The notes below the pieces were generated by a model. It had not been told where the DNA came from. It did not search any database and worked only from the letters and a program-made list of their open reading frames with translations. Shown here piece after piece: positions 1 through 9,710 of a stretch of 53,624 bases of DNA (the stretch's first letter is position 1; every line of letters starts with the position of its first letter). Origin of the DNA: a virus (Duplodnaviria; Heunggongvirae; Uroviricota; Caudoviricetes). The translations under genes and the position numbers were made by a program. The DNA is taken from the IMG/VR virus record IMGVR_UViG_3300048597_000653, positions 1 through 53,624 of that record; one strand, 5' to 3'.

Positions 1-852
1 TTATCGGTAGACTTCCAAGTTCTGGGCCTCCGTAATCTGATAGTCGCAATAGCCATTTGCGAATGGCGGGTTACGCTGAACGTTCCAAAACCGGTTCTCT
101 CCGCCGAGGATCTGGTCCAATAGCATTCGGTATCGGACTAAGCGGTGATACGCAACGAGTTGTACGCTTTCCACGTCAGGGAATTGGCGCCGATCGGGAA
201 TCGGCGGATCGGTCATTTCCATTGATGAAATGAACTCAAGCCGCGTCTTTACATCTTCTGCTCTCAAAGGCGTGAACGTTGGGCACTTTCCAATGTGGTC
301 AGCGTAGTTCGCGCGATTGCGATGCGCTGAATCGGAAATGTCGAGATGGTCAGCGTTTCGCGTAAAAAGTGGATCGGTCGCAAAGCAAGCGTTTTCTTTC
401 ACGACCTTCCAATAGAATTGATGCTCGCGTGCGTTTCCGTCTTTCTTCATTGAGTGGCAATGATGCGATCCACGCTCAAGTTTTGCGTAAATCACCAGCT
501 TCCGCTCGAATAGCAACATGTAGCCGAGCAGGTGCGCGAGAGCGCGCATTGCGTAGTGGCTCGAATAATAGCCACTCACCGATGCCCAGATAGGGCTAGC
601 AGTGGTTAGCGAGCAAGAGACTAGCAAGCTGTGAATTGACCGATGCCACGACTCCACAGATGCCGTGGCGAAATATTTAACCTTATTGGGGCCTATGGAA
701 TGCTGGACTTCTTCCTTATTAGGGAACAGTTCCGCGAGGGCCTTGGAGAGTGACCCAAGGCTCGGAATAGAATGAGCGGCGCTTGCATCATTGAGGCTTG
801 CGAACAAGACCGAAACATGAATTCGCGTTTTTTCGGGAATCTCAATCGGCAT
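1..852 (-). CDS. HEPN-like domain protein (putative RNase effector)
   Basis: GYYSSHYAMRALAHLL resembles the HEPN N-terminal YYaxfHAakAlL helix; HRNRANYADH resembles the HEPN R-x4-6-H/Y site. Likely ATG at 852 overlaps the upstream gene stop. Confidence 0.55.
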   Translation of the reverse strand: MPIEIPEKTRIHVSVLFASLNDASAAHSIPSLGSLSKALAELFPNKEEVQHSIGPNKVKYFATASVESWHRSIHSLLVSCSLTTASPIWASVSGYYSSHYAMRALAHLLGYMLLFERKLVIYAKLERGSHHCHSMKKDGNAREHQFYWKVVKENACFATDPLFTRNADHLDISDSAHRNRANYADHIGKCPTFTPLRAEDVKTRLEFISSMEMTDPPIPDRRQFPDVESVQLVAYHRLVRYRMLLDQILGGENRFWNVQRNPPFANGYCDYQITEAQNLEVYR

Positions 853-2197
853 CGCTATACTCAGAATAGATGTTGTCACGAAGCTCGCGCGCCCTGCTGG
901 AGATTTCCTCTGGGTCAAGATCCGCCACGGCTAGGCCGCCAGCGATGGCACACCATAGGGTATCACGAAACCGAGCAATTCCACCGCTCCCCAGGTATCC
1001 CAATTCCTTGAATTGGGCTTTATCGATGAACTCACCCTCTTCCAAGAAGTCGGCTTTCTTCAGTGATCGTTTCAACCACGAAGCTAGCTGCTCTTGGGCA
1101 TCGTCACTAAGTAGTTCCGTTCCCTTCTTCTTCAAGTAGGAAATGCACGCCGGAATCAGGGTAATGAATGACACCATGACTCGGCCTTGATATACGACGT
1201 TGTGAGGAGAGAGCTTTTCGCCTTCCATCAACTCTTCTTTTCGCCCGGAAGCGGTCAGCCAAGCGTCTAAGCACAGAGCTAAGAACGACGCCTGATCGTC
1301 CAAGGATGTGATGTCGTTTTTGTAGAGTGCATCAATGACATCCTCGATTGCCGAGTTCAGCGTCGCGAGCGTCACGACATCACTTACACCGTACTTGATT
1401 CCCGGAATTTGAATCATGCCCACCAACGGTCCCACTTCAAGCATGAGCTTGCGCCCAAGGTCTTGCGAGCGTTCCTTCTTCGCAAGTCCGCTCCCTTCAC
1501 GGGCAGTCGGAAATAAGTCAGCGACGAGTGAACGATCTACCTTCTTCTGATAGAAGTTCACGTCAATAAAAATCTGCGCTTGGCGCTTCGGCGTGTCGCC
1601 GGCTTTGTCTAAATCTAGAAAGATCTCGGCGGGTATCTGCCAGACTAAACTTGGTTCATCCCGACGAGCCAGCATAACGGCGAAATATGCCCCATTGATT
1701 CGGTGCTGGCCGTCGATGACGGAGAAATTGAGATTCTTGTCACCTTCATTGAATCTCAGATTTGCTGTGCCATCTTGATTCTTGTCCAAGCTCGCCCCGT
1801 TGAGGTGAAGCAGGACATTTGAAAATACCGGATAAGAACTACGAACGAACCCGACAACTCGCGGAACGCGGGGCGGCCAGACACGGCCTTTCTCGTTCTT
1901 TCTAACTTCGTAGATTTCCGCAAAGCAATTCATTAGCTGCGTCGGGGCATCAACGATCTCCTGTTGCAGCAGGTAAGCCGCAATCTGAGCGACTCGCTTC
2001 CACTCCAAGGAACGCTGAATGGCTTTAACTTTGCGCGCATTGCGATGGGGAGCGTGCGGCGTCCCTGGCCACCACTCCATTAGCTTCTCAACGTTCAATG
2101 CGGCCAAGCAGTGAGTCGCAGATTGTAGCTCCGCGGGCACGAAGGGGTTCGTCGGGACAATCACCGAGATCGTTTGGACGTTGTGCTGGACTGCCAT
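842..2197 (-). CDS. DGQHR-domain (DndB/ParB-like) protein
   Basis: FSVIDGQHRINGA signature and AQIFIDVNFYQKKVDRSL downstream motif. Confidence 0.85.
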   Translation of the reverse strand: MAVQHNVQTISVIVPTNPFVPAELQSATHCLAALNVEKLMEWWPGTPHAPHRNARKVKAIQRSLEWKRVAQIAAYLLQQEIVDAPTQLMNCFAEIYEVRKNEKGRVWPPRVPRVVGFVRSSYPVFSNVLLHLNGASLDKNQDGTANLRFNEGDKNLNFSVIDGQHRINGAYFAVMLARRDEPSLVWQIPAEIFLDLDKAGDTPKRQAQIFIDVNFYQKKVDRSLVADLFPTAREGSGLAKKERSQDLGRKLMLEVGPLVGMIQIPGIKYGVSDVVTLATLNSAIEDVIDALYKNDITSLDDQASFLALCLDAWLTASGRKEELMEGEKLSPHNVVYQGRVMVSFITLIPACISYLKKKGTELLSDDAQEQLASWLKRSLKKADFLEEGEFIDKAQFKELGYLGSGGIARFRDTLWCAIAGGLAVADLDPEEISSRARELRDNIYSEYSDAD

Positions 2198-2518
2198 ACC
2201 TGTCACTCACGGCAAGAAACGAGATCAGCCTATTTGACTAGATCGGCTGAAATTGTCCGTTGGTCCCCGAATTCTGGCCGGATTCGGTTAAGATCGCCCG
2301 CGATAATACCGAATGAGACGGCCCAAAGCGAACACAGTCGCGCTAAAAGGAACGCCTGACGTCCGCGTCCGCGGCGTATAGCTTAAATACACGAGCTTAG
2401 CGACCGCGGTGCGCAGCCCACTATCCCCAGGCATTTACGGCCAATTCTCTCAGACTCTTAGTTCGAAGATGACTAAGCTGGTCCTCGGACCGTAACGCAA
2501 GGTCGCGGTGCGTTTAGC

Positions 2519-2734
2519 CTAACTGAGTAGGTCGGGCGAGTACTCTCCTGTACTGAGGTTGCCCCGACCGACGCCAGAAGAGAAATACGGCAGCTCGCAC
2601 AGGACTAACCGTCCTGAGTCACGAGGCTCGATACCGACCTCGGAGCGGACAATTTCCACTTGAAGTCGCCAGTCGATTTCTACAGAGATGCGGTTCGCAT
2701 GCTCGGTGCGTTGGATGATGTTGAATTGCGTCAT
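2519..2734 (-). CDS. hypothetical protein
   Basis: 71-aa ORF starting 2 nt after the stop of 2737-2946, same strand. Confidence 0.35.
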   Translation of the reverse strand: MTQFNIIQRTEHANRISVEIDWRLQVEIVRSEVGIEPRDSGRLVLCELPYFSSGVGRGNLSTGEYSPDLLS

Positions 2735-2736
2735 GG

Positions 2737-2946
2737 CTATGCCTCCGATTCGCTGTCTTGGGTTTCAGCATCGAAATGTTTGCTAACAAGTCGTAGACAG
2801 CGATCGAAGTCCTGATCGTATTGCCGGCACCAATGCATGGCATCGGTCATCAGGTCGATCAGGGCCGTTGGGACGTCATTGTCGTAGTCGTCAGTGAGTG
2901 ACAGAATGACAACCTCGAAGCGGTTGCAGCGCGTTTCATTGTTCAT
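2737..2946 (-). CDS. small hypothetical protein
   Basis: AAGGA RBS upstream; ALIDLMTDAMHWC helix. Confidence 0.6.
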   Translation of the reverse strand: MNNETRCNRFEVVILSLTDDYDNDVPTALIDLMTDAMHWCRQYDQDFDRCLRLVSKHFDAETQDSESEA

Positions 2947-3021
2947 GGTCGGATTCCTTTCCTCGATTACTGGTTATGGCTTGGGCGGGCGCCTCCTTGC
3001 GCCCGCCGCGTGCCGGTTGCG

Positions 3022-3234
3022 TTACTCTTTCGACTCGGTGGCCACCCTCAGGACGACGCGACCATCGAGGGGGACACATTCGAGCTGGAGATTGAACCCT
3101 TTGCCATCTTGATGCGCCCAGGCACTGCCGATGCGCGTCCAGAAGGCCTTCTGTCCTTCGCGGTCCCGGACCTGGTAAGCGGAGTGGCTGGGTGACTTGG
3201 AGGTGGCGTTCTCTTTGGTGTTCGTGTTCGACAT
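3022..3234 (-). CDS. small conserved plasmid/ICE protein (FWTRIGSAW...DGKGFNLQL type)
   Basis: GAAAGGA RBS before ATG 3234; motif PSHSAYQV...FWTRIGSAWAHQDGKGFNLQLECVPLDGRVVLR typical of conjugative-element small proteins. Confidence 0.75.
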   Translation of the reverse strand: MSNTNTKENATSKSPSHSAYQVRDREGQKAFWTRIGSAWAHQDGKGFNLQLECVPLDGRVVLRVATESKE

Positions 3235-3273
3235 AACTAAGTTCCTTTCGCTTGAGTGACGGACCGCGACCAT

Positions 3274-3457
3274 CGCGGCCTTTCGGGCACCATCAAACGA
3301 AGCGGATTAGCCGGAGCCGCAGGCGTGCCGGACCAGTGGAAAATTCGGAGGGGAACCGGCTGCACACGGGCGATAGCCCACGGAAGCTGGGGAGGGGCCG
3401 CCATTTTCCACTTGCCGGACCGGCGACGCTTCGTAAGTGCCGGAAAAGAAGGCCGCG
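3274..3457. repeat. long imperfect nested inverted repeat (ssDNA stem-loop)
   Basis: Nested pairs cgcggcctt/aaggccgcg, ggcac/gtgcc, cgaagcg/cgcttcg, gccgg/ccggc, gtggaaaat/attttccac. Confidence 0.7.
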
Positions 3458-3596
3458 GGCGCCGGTACCGTTAACTACTCAGGCGAAGGGACAGTTGGTC
3501 GCGCCATACACGAACAGACCCCTCGACACCCGACAATCTGTGCCAATTCATGACACACGCTGTCCGGGAATATTGTTGACGAAGGGACAACTTTCT

Positions 3597-3613
3597 GGTG
3601 CGTATCATCATGC
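3597..3613 (+). promoter_or_regulatory. candidate oriT nic site
   Basis: GGTGCGTATCATCATGC immediately before the relaxase ATG; the first 9 nt match the R388 TrwC nic core GGTGCGTAT(TGTCT^ATAG) as recalled. Confidence 0.45.
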
Positions 3614-6232
3614 ATGCTGCGCATCATCCAGAGCACGAGTTCAACGCAAGCCCAAAGCTACTACTCGACGGCGGATTACTACCTGGCCAACGAGCAAGAG
3701 TTAGCCGGCCGCTGGCGGGGGAAGGGGGCGAGCCTCCTGGGACTTTCGGGAGACGTCCAGCAAGCCGACTGGGATGCTCTGTGCGACAATCGCGATCCGC
3801 GGGATGGCAAACGCATCACCTCTCGCCAACGGAAAGATCGTACGATCGGCTACGATTTTAACTTCCACGTCCCCAAGAGCGTGTCATTGCTTTATGCGGA
3901 GACTCGCGACGAGCGGCTGCTGGATGCGTTTCGGGATTCGGTACGAGCCACGATGGACGACATAGAAGCCGAGATGCAGGCCCGTGTCCGCAAAGGGGGC
4001 AAAAACGAGAATCGTGTCACGGGCAACGCCGTGTGGGGCGAGTTCATTCACTTCACTTCCAGACCTGTGGATGGTGAACCGGACCCGCACCTGCATGCCC
4101 ACTGCTATCTGCATAACGTAACATTCGACGGGAAGGAGAATCGCTGGAAGGCAGGCCAGTTCCGGGAACTCAAACGTGACGCACCGTATTTCGAAGCCTT
4201 GTTCCATTCGCGGCTGGCGCAGAACCTGGTAAAGCTCGGATTGCCGATCAAGCGCAAGGCCAAAGGCTGGGAACTGGCCGGCGTCGAGAAAGGACTCGTC
4301 AGAAAATTCTCGCGGCGCACAGCCCAGATCGAAGAGAAGGCTCGCGAACTGGGCATTGACGATCCGTCGAAGAAGGACGAGCTCGGGGCCAAGACCCGCG
4401 AACACAAGCAGAAAAACCTGTCGTTTGGAGAGTTACAGTCCGCCTGGCGAGAGCGGATGACGGCGAACGAGCGGAAGACATTAGCCTCGCTGGCGAAGCA
4501 GGTGGGCGGCGAAGCGTTGCCGCGGGATACCGACGCAGCCCGGAGGGCGGTCACGTTTGCGATCGAGCATGAGTTTGAACGCCAATCGGTCGTTTCCGAA
4601 CGGGAACTACTGACTCGTACTCTCAAGCAAGGAGTAGGAGTTGCTTCGGTCGAGCAAATCCGTCAGCAGATGTCCCAGGCAGACCTGCTGTCTGCCGATC
4701 GCACGAACCGGCGGATGGTCACGACGCGCCAGGTTCTGGCGGAAGAACAGAAGATCATTGACTTCGCTCGCGAGGGACGCGGGACTATGCGACCACTTGT
4801 CCCAGGATTGGAACCACTTAGGGGCGATCGGCTGAGCGACGAGCAGAAGCGGGCAGTCCAGCAGATCGTCCAATCACGAGACCGTGTGATTTTGCTGCGA
4901 GGTAAAGCGGGGGTCGGCAAGACGACCTTGCTGCAAACCGCGAAGGAACTGATCGAGGCCAGCGGAACGAAGGTGTTTGCCTTCGCTCCTTCGGCCGAGG
5001 CCAGCCGGGGCGTCCTGCGGAGCGACGGGTTCCAGGACGCCGATACGCTGGCCATGCTCCTGAATGATCCTCGCAAACAGCAAGAGGCGGCCGGTCAGTT
5101 GATTCTGATTGACGAGGCCGGGCAGGTCGGAACCAAGACAATGGGCCAAGTCTTTGATTTGGCCGAGAGAATCGACGCCCGCCTCCTGCTCTCAGGAGAC
5201 CGCTTCCAGCATGGCAGCGTCGAGCGGGGAGCAGCCTTGCAGCTATTGGAAGAAGAAGCCGGGATTAAGTGCGCCGAGGTCTGGAACATCCAGCGGCAGT
5301 CCGGGAACTACAAATTGGCGGTCCAAGCTCTCAGCGAAGGCCGGATCGGCGAGGGCTTCCGCCGGTTCGATAACATGGGCTGGATTGTCGGGATTCCGGG
5401 CTCAGACCGCTACAAGCGGATTGCCGCGGACTACGCCCAGGCCGTGGCAGAAGGAAAATCCACGCTGGTCATCTCACCGACGCATCTGGAGGGGGAGCGG
5501 CTGACGGCGGCAATCCGCCAACAGATGAAAGAGACGGGAACGCTCGGGAGCGACGAACGCACCTTCCGCATGCTTCAGAACGCCCATTTAACCGAGGCCG
5601 AACGGGGCGACGCGGCGCATTATGTACCCGGTCTTGATGTGTTGGTCTTTCTCCAGAATGCCAAGGGGTTTAGGCGGGGAGAGCGGGTCGAAGTGCAACG
5701 GGGAACCGAACTGCCCCTGGATCAACGGGCCCGGTTCCAGGTCTATCATGCGAGCGAGTTGAAGCTTGCTGCGGGGGATCAAATTCGCATTACCCGCAAT
5801 GGATTTTCCAAGGATGGGAAGCATCGACTGGACAATGGCACGCTGTGGAAAGTGCGGTCGTTCGACGCCGAAGGCAACATCGTGCTGACAAACGGCTGGA
5901 CGATTGCCAAGGATTTTGGGTTCATCGACCACGGGCATGTGGTTACGTCCTACTCCAGCCAAGGAAAAACGGTCCAGCGGGTCTTCGTGGCCCAAGGATA
6001 CGAATCATTGCCCGCCAGTTCCCGCGAGCAGTTTTACGTCAGTGCTTCGCGAGCCAAGGAGCAAGTCACGTTCTATACGGGGAACCGCGATGAATTCCTT
6101 GAAGCGGTCAGCGAACCTGACGAACGATTAACGGCCGTCGAATTGATGGGCCGGGCGGGGATTTCCATTGACCATCTGCTTCAAATGACACTCGAACGAC
6201 AACCATTACAGGAACTGAGCTATGACCGCTAA
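3614..6232 (+). CDS. mobF: MobF (TrwC/TraI-like) relaxase-helicase
   Basis: N-terminal YY..DYY tyrosines, FNFHVPKSVS, HFTSRPVDGEPDPHLHAH (HUH), Walker A GKAGVGKTT, IDEAGQ, TSYSSQGKTV helicase motifs. Confidence 0.95.
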   Translation: MLRIIQSTSSTQAQSYYSTADYYLANEQELAGRWRGKGASLLGLSGDVQQADWDALCDNRDPRDGKRITSRQRKDRTIGYDFNFHVPKSVSLLYAETRDERLLDAFRDSVRATMDDIEAEMQARVRKGGKNENRVTGNAVWGEFIHFTSRPVDGEPDPHLHAHCYLHNVTFDGKENRWKAGQFRELKRDAPYFEALFHSRLAQNLVKLGLPIKRKAKGWELAGVEKGLVRKFSRRTAQIEEKARELGIDDPSKKDELGAKTREHKQKNLSFGELQSAWRERMTANERKTLASLAKQVGGEALPRDTDAARRAVTFAIEHEFERQSVVSERELLTRTLKQGVGVASVEQIRQQMSQADLLSADRTNRRMVTTRQVLAEEQKIIDFAREGRGTMRPLVPGLEPLRGDRLSDEQKRAVQQIVQSRDRVILLRGKAGVGKTTLLQTAKELIEASGTKVFAFAPSAEASRGVLRSDGFQDADTLAMLLNDPRKQQEAAGQLILIDEAGQVGTKTMGQVFDLAERIDARLLLSGDRFQHGSVERGAALQLLEEEAGIKCAEVWNIQRQSGNYKLAVQALSEGRIGEGFRRFDNMGWIVGIPGSDRYKRIAADYAQAVAEGKSTLVISPTHLEGERLTAAIRQQMKETGTLGSDERTFRMLQNAHLTEAERGDAAHYVPGLDVLVFLQNAKGFRRGERVEVQRGTELPLDQRARFQVYHASELKLAAGDQIRITRNGFSKDGKHRLDNGTLWKVRSFDAEGNIVLTNGWTIAKDFGFIDHGHVVTSYSSQGKTVQRVFVAQGYESLPASSREQFYVSASRAKEQVTFYTGNRDEFLEAVSEPDERLTAVELMGRAGISIDHLLQMTLERQPLQELSYDR

Positions 6233-6635
6233 TATCCTGGATCGCTACGCTCCTCGTATCCTGGAATCCACCGTGAAGTCGGCGGAGGAAACAGGAGCAA
6301 TGGACGACTTTGGAGCGTTCGGCATTCTGCGGGGCGTGCGGGATCGTTCGCTGATGCTCGAACTGCGCTTCCGAAATGGTAATTCCGTGGCATTCCACTA
6401 CGGCTATCTTGCGCAGGCAAACCTCGACCCCTCCCGGGGCATCCTGCTCCAATTCGGCAATCGGCGGGTGGTGCTCAGCGGCAGCAACCTGAACGCGGAG
6501 GTTCGCCCCAACCTCCGGCTGTTCGAGGCGATCCTACGTCACCGCGTCCCCTGGATACGCGAAACAGAACGAAACGAGCAGTTGGAAGCTGCTCCGGGGT
6601 CGATCCTGATCGACCATATTAATGTGGGCGAATAG
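6222..6635 (+). CDS. hypothetical protein coupled to relaxase
   Basis: Start overlaps relaxase stop; 137 aa. Confidence 0.75.
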   Translation: MTANILDRYAPRILESTVKSAEETGAMDDFGAFGILRGVRDRSLMLELRFRNGNSVAFHYGYLAQANLDPSRGILLQFGNRRVVLSGSNLNAEVRPNLRLFEAILRHRVPWIRETERNEQLEAAPGSILIDHINVGE

Positions 6636-6670
6636 CCAAATGTTCGCTTGCTGTGGGATAGACGAATCCT

Positions 6671-6700
6671 GCGGTGGTGCCCGGTGGCGGGCACCGCCGC
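6671..6700. terminator. hairpin between convergent genes
   Basis: gcggtggtgccc-N6-gggcaccgccgc followed by gaatttt. Confidence 0.5.
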
Positions 6701-6716
6701 GAATTTTGAACCGGCC

Positions 6717-7454
6717 TCAGCCTGCATTTGATTGCGATGCGACCATTTGCCAGGCTCGCTCGATCCGTCGGCAGGCGTAGTCGAAATAGGCCGGATCGCG
6801 TTCCACGCCGAAAAACGTCTTGCCCGCCTGCAGGGCAGCCACACCCGTGGTGCCGCTTCCCATGAAGGGATCGACAATCGTGTCGGCTCGGACCGAGTCG
6901 CAGAAATACTGGACTTGCTCCAGAGGCCTCGGGCAAGAAACCGGATTGCCGGTCATTGTCTCAGCCCACGGTGCCAAGTGGGTAACGTGCCAGTCCCGGG
7001 GCAACTCGTGGTAGATGCGGGAACGGCCGCTAAAGAAAATCACCGGGTCCCAGGTCATGCAATGCGGTGTCGTACCCGATCGGGATGGATACGCCTTGCA
7101 GGCAGCCACAAGATGATACCCTCGGGGAAAATACATATGCCACTGGTCCGCCTTGCTCGGAGCCTGCCAGACAAAGCATGGTCCGTCGTTGGTGACTCTC
7201 TGTAACGCGGGGATGAGCCGCGTCATCAGGCCGTGATAAGTCTCTGGCGAGTCGTCGTAGCTGCGGTACTTGTAGCCGATGCCAAAGGGAGGATCGGTAG
7301 TCGCGGCGTCCACCCCGTGCAGGGTCGGCAGTACGTCGAAACAATCCGCCCGGAAGAGGGTGGCATTGCCAATTTTCACTTGCTCAATGGTTTGATAGCG
7401 GGACGGCCGCACGTTTCGCCGCGCGAAATAGGGATTGATAGTGCGGGTTGTCAT
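6717..7454 (-). CDS. orphan N4/N6 DNA methyltransferase (beta class)
   Basis: TDPPFGIG catalytic motif and IVDPFMGSGTTGVAA SAM-binding motif; likely start MTTRT. Confidence 0.9.
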   Translation of the reverse strand: MTTRTINPYFARRNVRPSRYQTIEQVKIGNATLFRADCFDVLPTLHGVDAATTDPPFGIGYKYRSYDDSPETYHGLMTRLIPALQRVTNDGPCFVWQAPSKADQWHMYFPRGYHLVAACKAYPSRSGTTPHCMTWDPVIFFSGRSRIYHELPRDWHVTHLAPWAETMTGNPVSCPRPLEQVQYFCDSVRADTIVDPFMGSGTTGVAALQAGKTFFGVERDPAYFDYACRRIERAWQMVASQSNAG

Positions 7455-7521
7455 GGTGTCGGTTCCTGAAAGATTGAGTGTTCGATGGGAGCAAAAGGTT
7501 TCACGGTCTCGGCGGGCCGGG

Positions 7522-8430
7522 TTACGAAGGTTTTCCCGGCTGCAAACCGTGCAGATAGTCGGCCGCCTTGCTGGCATGACTGGCGGCTGTGAAGATTGCC
7601 CGCCTGTCGTTCTTCAGAACCTCCAGCCAATGCCCGATGTAGCTGGCATGGTCCTCCCGGACTTCGGGCGTGATGGCTAAATCGGCACAGAGAAAGGCAC
7701 TGCCAAGCTCGGCGACCAGTTCTTCCATCGCATAGCCGGCATCTCCCCAGCGTTTGCGGCCAAAATTCTCCCGATTCAAACGCGAAGGATGCTGCGTCCA
7801 GTGGGTCAACTCGTGAATCAGCGTGGCCGCGTGGCTCTCGGCGTCGCGAAACGTCTCGAAGGGTGGCATTTGGATGCGATCGCCAGCCAGCGTGTAGTAT
7901 GCTTGATTGCCTCCGTAACGAATCTCCGCCTTCGTATGGGCCACGAATCGGTCAACCGCTTCCATGCGTTCTAGCTTGTCCTTGGGCGGCTCGGCCAGTT
8001 GATAGAAGTGCTGAGGCAATCCCTCGCATTGATCTGCGCAAAACACTGTATAAGTCTTGAGAAACGGAATCTCCTGCTCGATCTCCTCGCCGGTTTCGTC
8101 GGTCTCGTGCTTCTTGAAGGTCGAGGCATAGACCACCTGGCTGCCATGCTCTCCTTTCCTCACGTGTCCCCCTAGTTCCCGGCATTGCTTGAACGTCAGC
8201 CAGAATGGGCTGCTATAACCGGACATATCGGCGGTCATCCACAGCACCACGACGTTGATACCGGAATACGGCTGCCCGTTGTGCCGTAACGGCCGGGAAA
8301 TTCGCCCCACCAAATGCTCGCAATTCCAAAGCTTGAGCCAGGGCTTGGTGCCCGCCTCAAGCTGCTCGATGATGCGGTTAGTGATACGGCTGTAGATGTC
8401 CTGCTTCGTGTGGTCAATAGTCGTTGCCAT
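7522..8430 (-). CDS. ardC: ArdC-family antirestriction protein (ssDNA-binding domain + zincin-like domain)
   Basis: DIYSRITNRIIEQLEAGTKPW, YSGINVVVLW, WLTFKQ, LIHELTHWT, YAMEELVAELGSAFL, HASYIGHWL. Confidence 0.92.
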   Translation of the reverse strand: MATTIDHTKQDIYSRITNRIIEQLEAGTKPWLKLWNCEHLVGRISRPLRHNGQPYSGINVVVLWMTADMSGYSSPFWLTFKQCRELGGHVRKGEHGSQVVYASTFKKHETDETGEEIEQEIPFLKTYTVFCADQCEGLPQHFYQLAEPPKDKLERMEAVDRFVAHTKAEIRYGGNQAYYTLAGDRIQMPPFETFRDAESHAATLIHELTHWTQHPSRLNRENFGRKRWGDAGYAMEELVAELGSAFLCADLAITPEVREDHASYIGHWLEVLKNDRRAIFTAASHASKAADYLHGLQPGKPS

Positions 8431-8461
8431 CGTTGTGCTCCCTCGTCTGAAATGAAACAAA

Positions 8462-8657
8462 CCCCTTTCGCGGAAACGCGCCCCGCGTTTTCCAGCGAAG
8501 GGGGGACGAAGGTCCCAACAACAGGGGACGGGCGGTCAAGGACCGCCGACGTGGAGGGGCACCCGGTCTGCAACGTAGCGCAGCGGAGAGAAGATCGGGG
8601 AGGAAACCACAGAGGCGGCGCGGCTCCGATCCTTGACGGCGCGGGGGAAAGCTCCCC
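8462..8657. promoter_or_regulatory. hairpin array upstream of ardC
   Basis: Stem-loops at 8462-8502, 8503-8516, 8531-8547, 8593-8631, 8644-8657. Confidence 0.5.
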
Positions 8658-9308
8658 AAAGGTGATTCACGTATTGAAGTTGAAGTGGCACCGTGTTTGC
8701 CGCGCAGCGCTCAATGGCATGGCTCAGGCAAGCTCTCCGCTCCAGCAGCACAGCGGATCTTCCCTAACCGATACCTTCATATCGGCTGGTACAGGAATTT
8801 GATGCTGGCCACACGTTTCTAGCACCTCGTGTTAGGCCGGCAGCCCGCCGCGAATGCGATTGTCGCTATTGACGACCACGCGTGAGAGCGTTGGGGTGGA
8901 TCATAGCGTCCAGCCGAGGGCGTGACCGACTCGCTGACGATGGCTGGTGCGCTGTGCGCTAAACGCTTAGATGATGCCCGATTTTGTCAGGGCGCTAGAG
9001 ACGGTGTGCGCAAGTGTGAGTACAGCGGCCGTTCATTGCGCCGGTAAATCCCTGTGAAATAGGCCTGACGGGTTTCACAGTTCATGCGAGCTGAGTTTCT
9101 CGCGATCGAGCCGTCCGACACTCTAGCGCCCCGCGGTTTGCACGGAATGAAGGGCAAATGGTTCCAGTATCCGGCAATTCAAAGCCACACATGGCCCAGC
9201 TACTCAAGCGGCAAAAGCACGCCCCATCGCTCGAAAGTCCGGGCCAAAACGGTCGCATTAGCAGCGGCGGTATCAATCGCGACACGAGAATTGACAGGTG
9301 TCGCGCTG

Positions 9309-9710
9309 CTAACGTGCCATACCTGTGATCCGTCGATAGACAGAACCTAGAGACACGAATCCGGGCTTATCGAAATAAGCCATTATCTTTGCGTCCAAAT
9401 GATTTCTCGCATTTGGCTCAACCGAGGCAGCCAAATCACCTTCCTCATACCTATAGTGTTCGTCGTCAATTATCGCAGTGCACGGAGCTATGATTTGGCA
9501 GCGTGTCTCGGCATTTTCAAATAAGTCATGGTAAACAGCTGGATCATTCAGGCGTGGATCATATGTCTTCAACCCAGGCTTGAACCATCGAATTCCGGGC
9601 TCAGCTTTTATAATTAGATTCGATAGTGGTCTGAACCCACCTCCTCCATCCTCGCTCTCAGGTTTCCTTTTCACTACAACCATTTCGCCGCTCCGAATCA
9701 TAGAATCCAT
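9309..9710 (-). CDS. hypothetical protein
   Basis: AAAAAGGG before ATG; 133 aa; no recognised motif. Confidence 0.45.
   Translation of the reverse strand: MDSMIRSGEMVVVKRKPESEDGGGGFRPLSNLIIKAEPGIRWFKPGLKTYDPRLNDPAVYHDLFENAETRCQIIAPCTAIIDDEHYRYEEGDLAASVEPNARNHLDAKIMAYFDKPGFVSLGSVYRRITGMAR

Noticed and set aside
2200-2520. Left attachment site of the IME
   Set aside because: No convincing repeat of the 23520-23545 junction found; boundary left undefined
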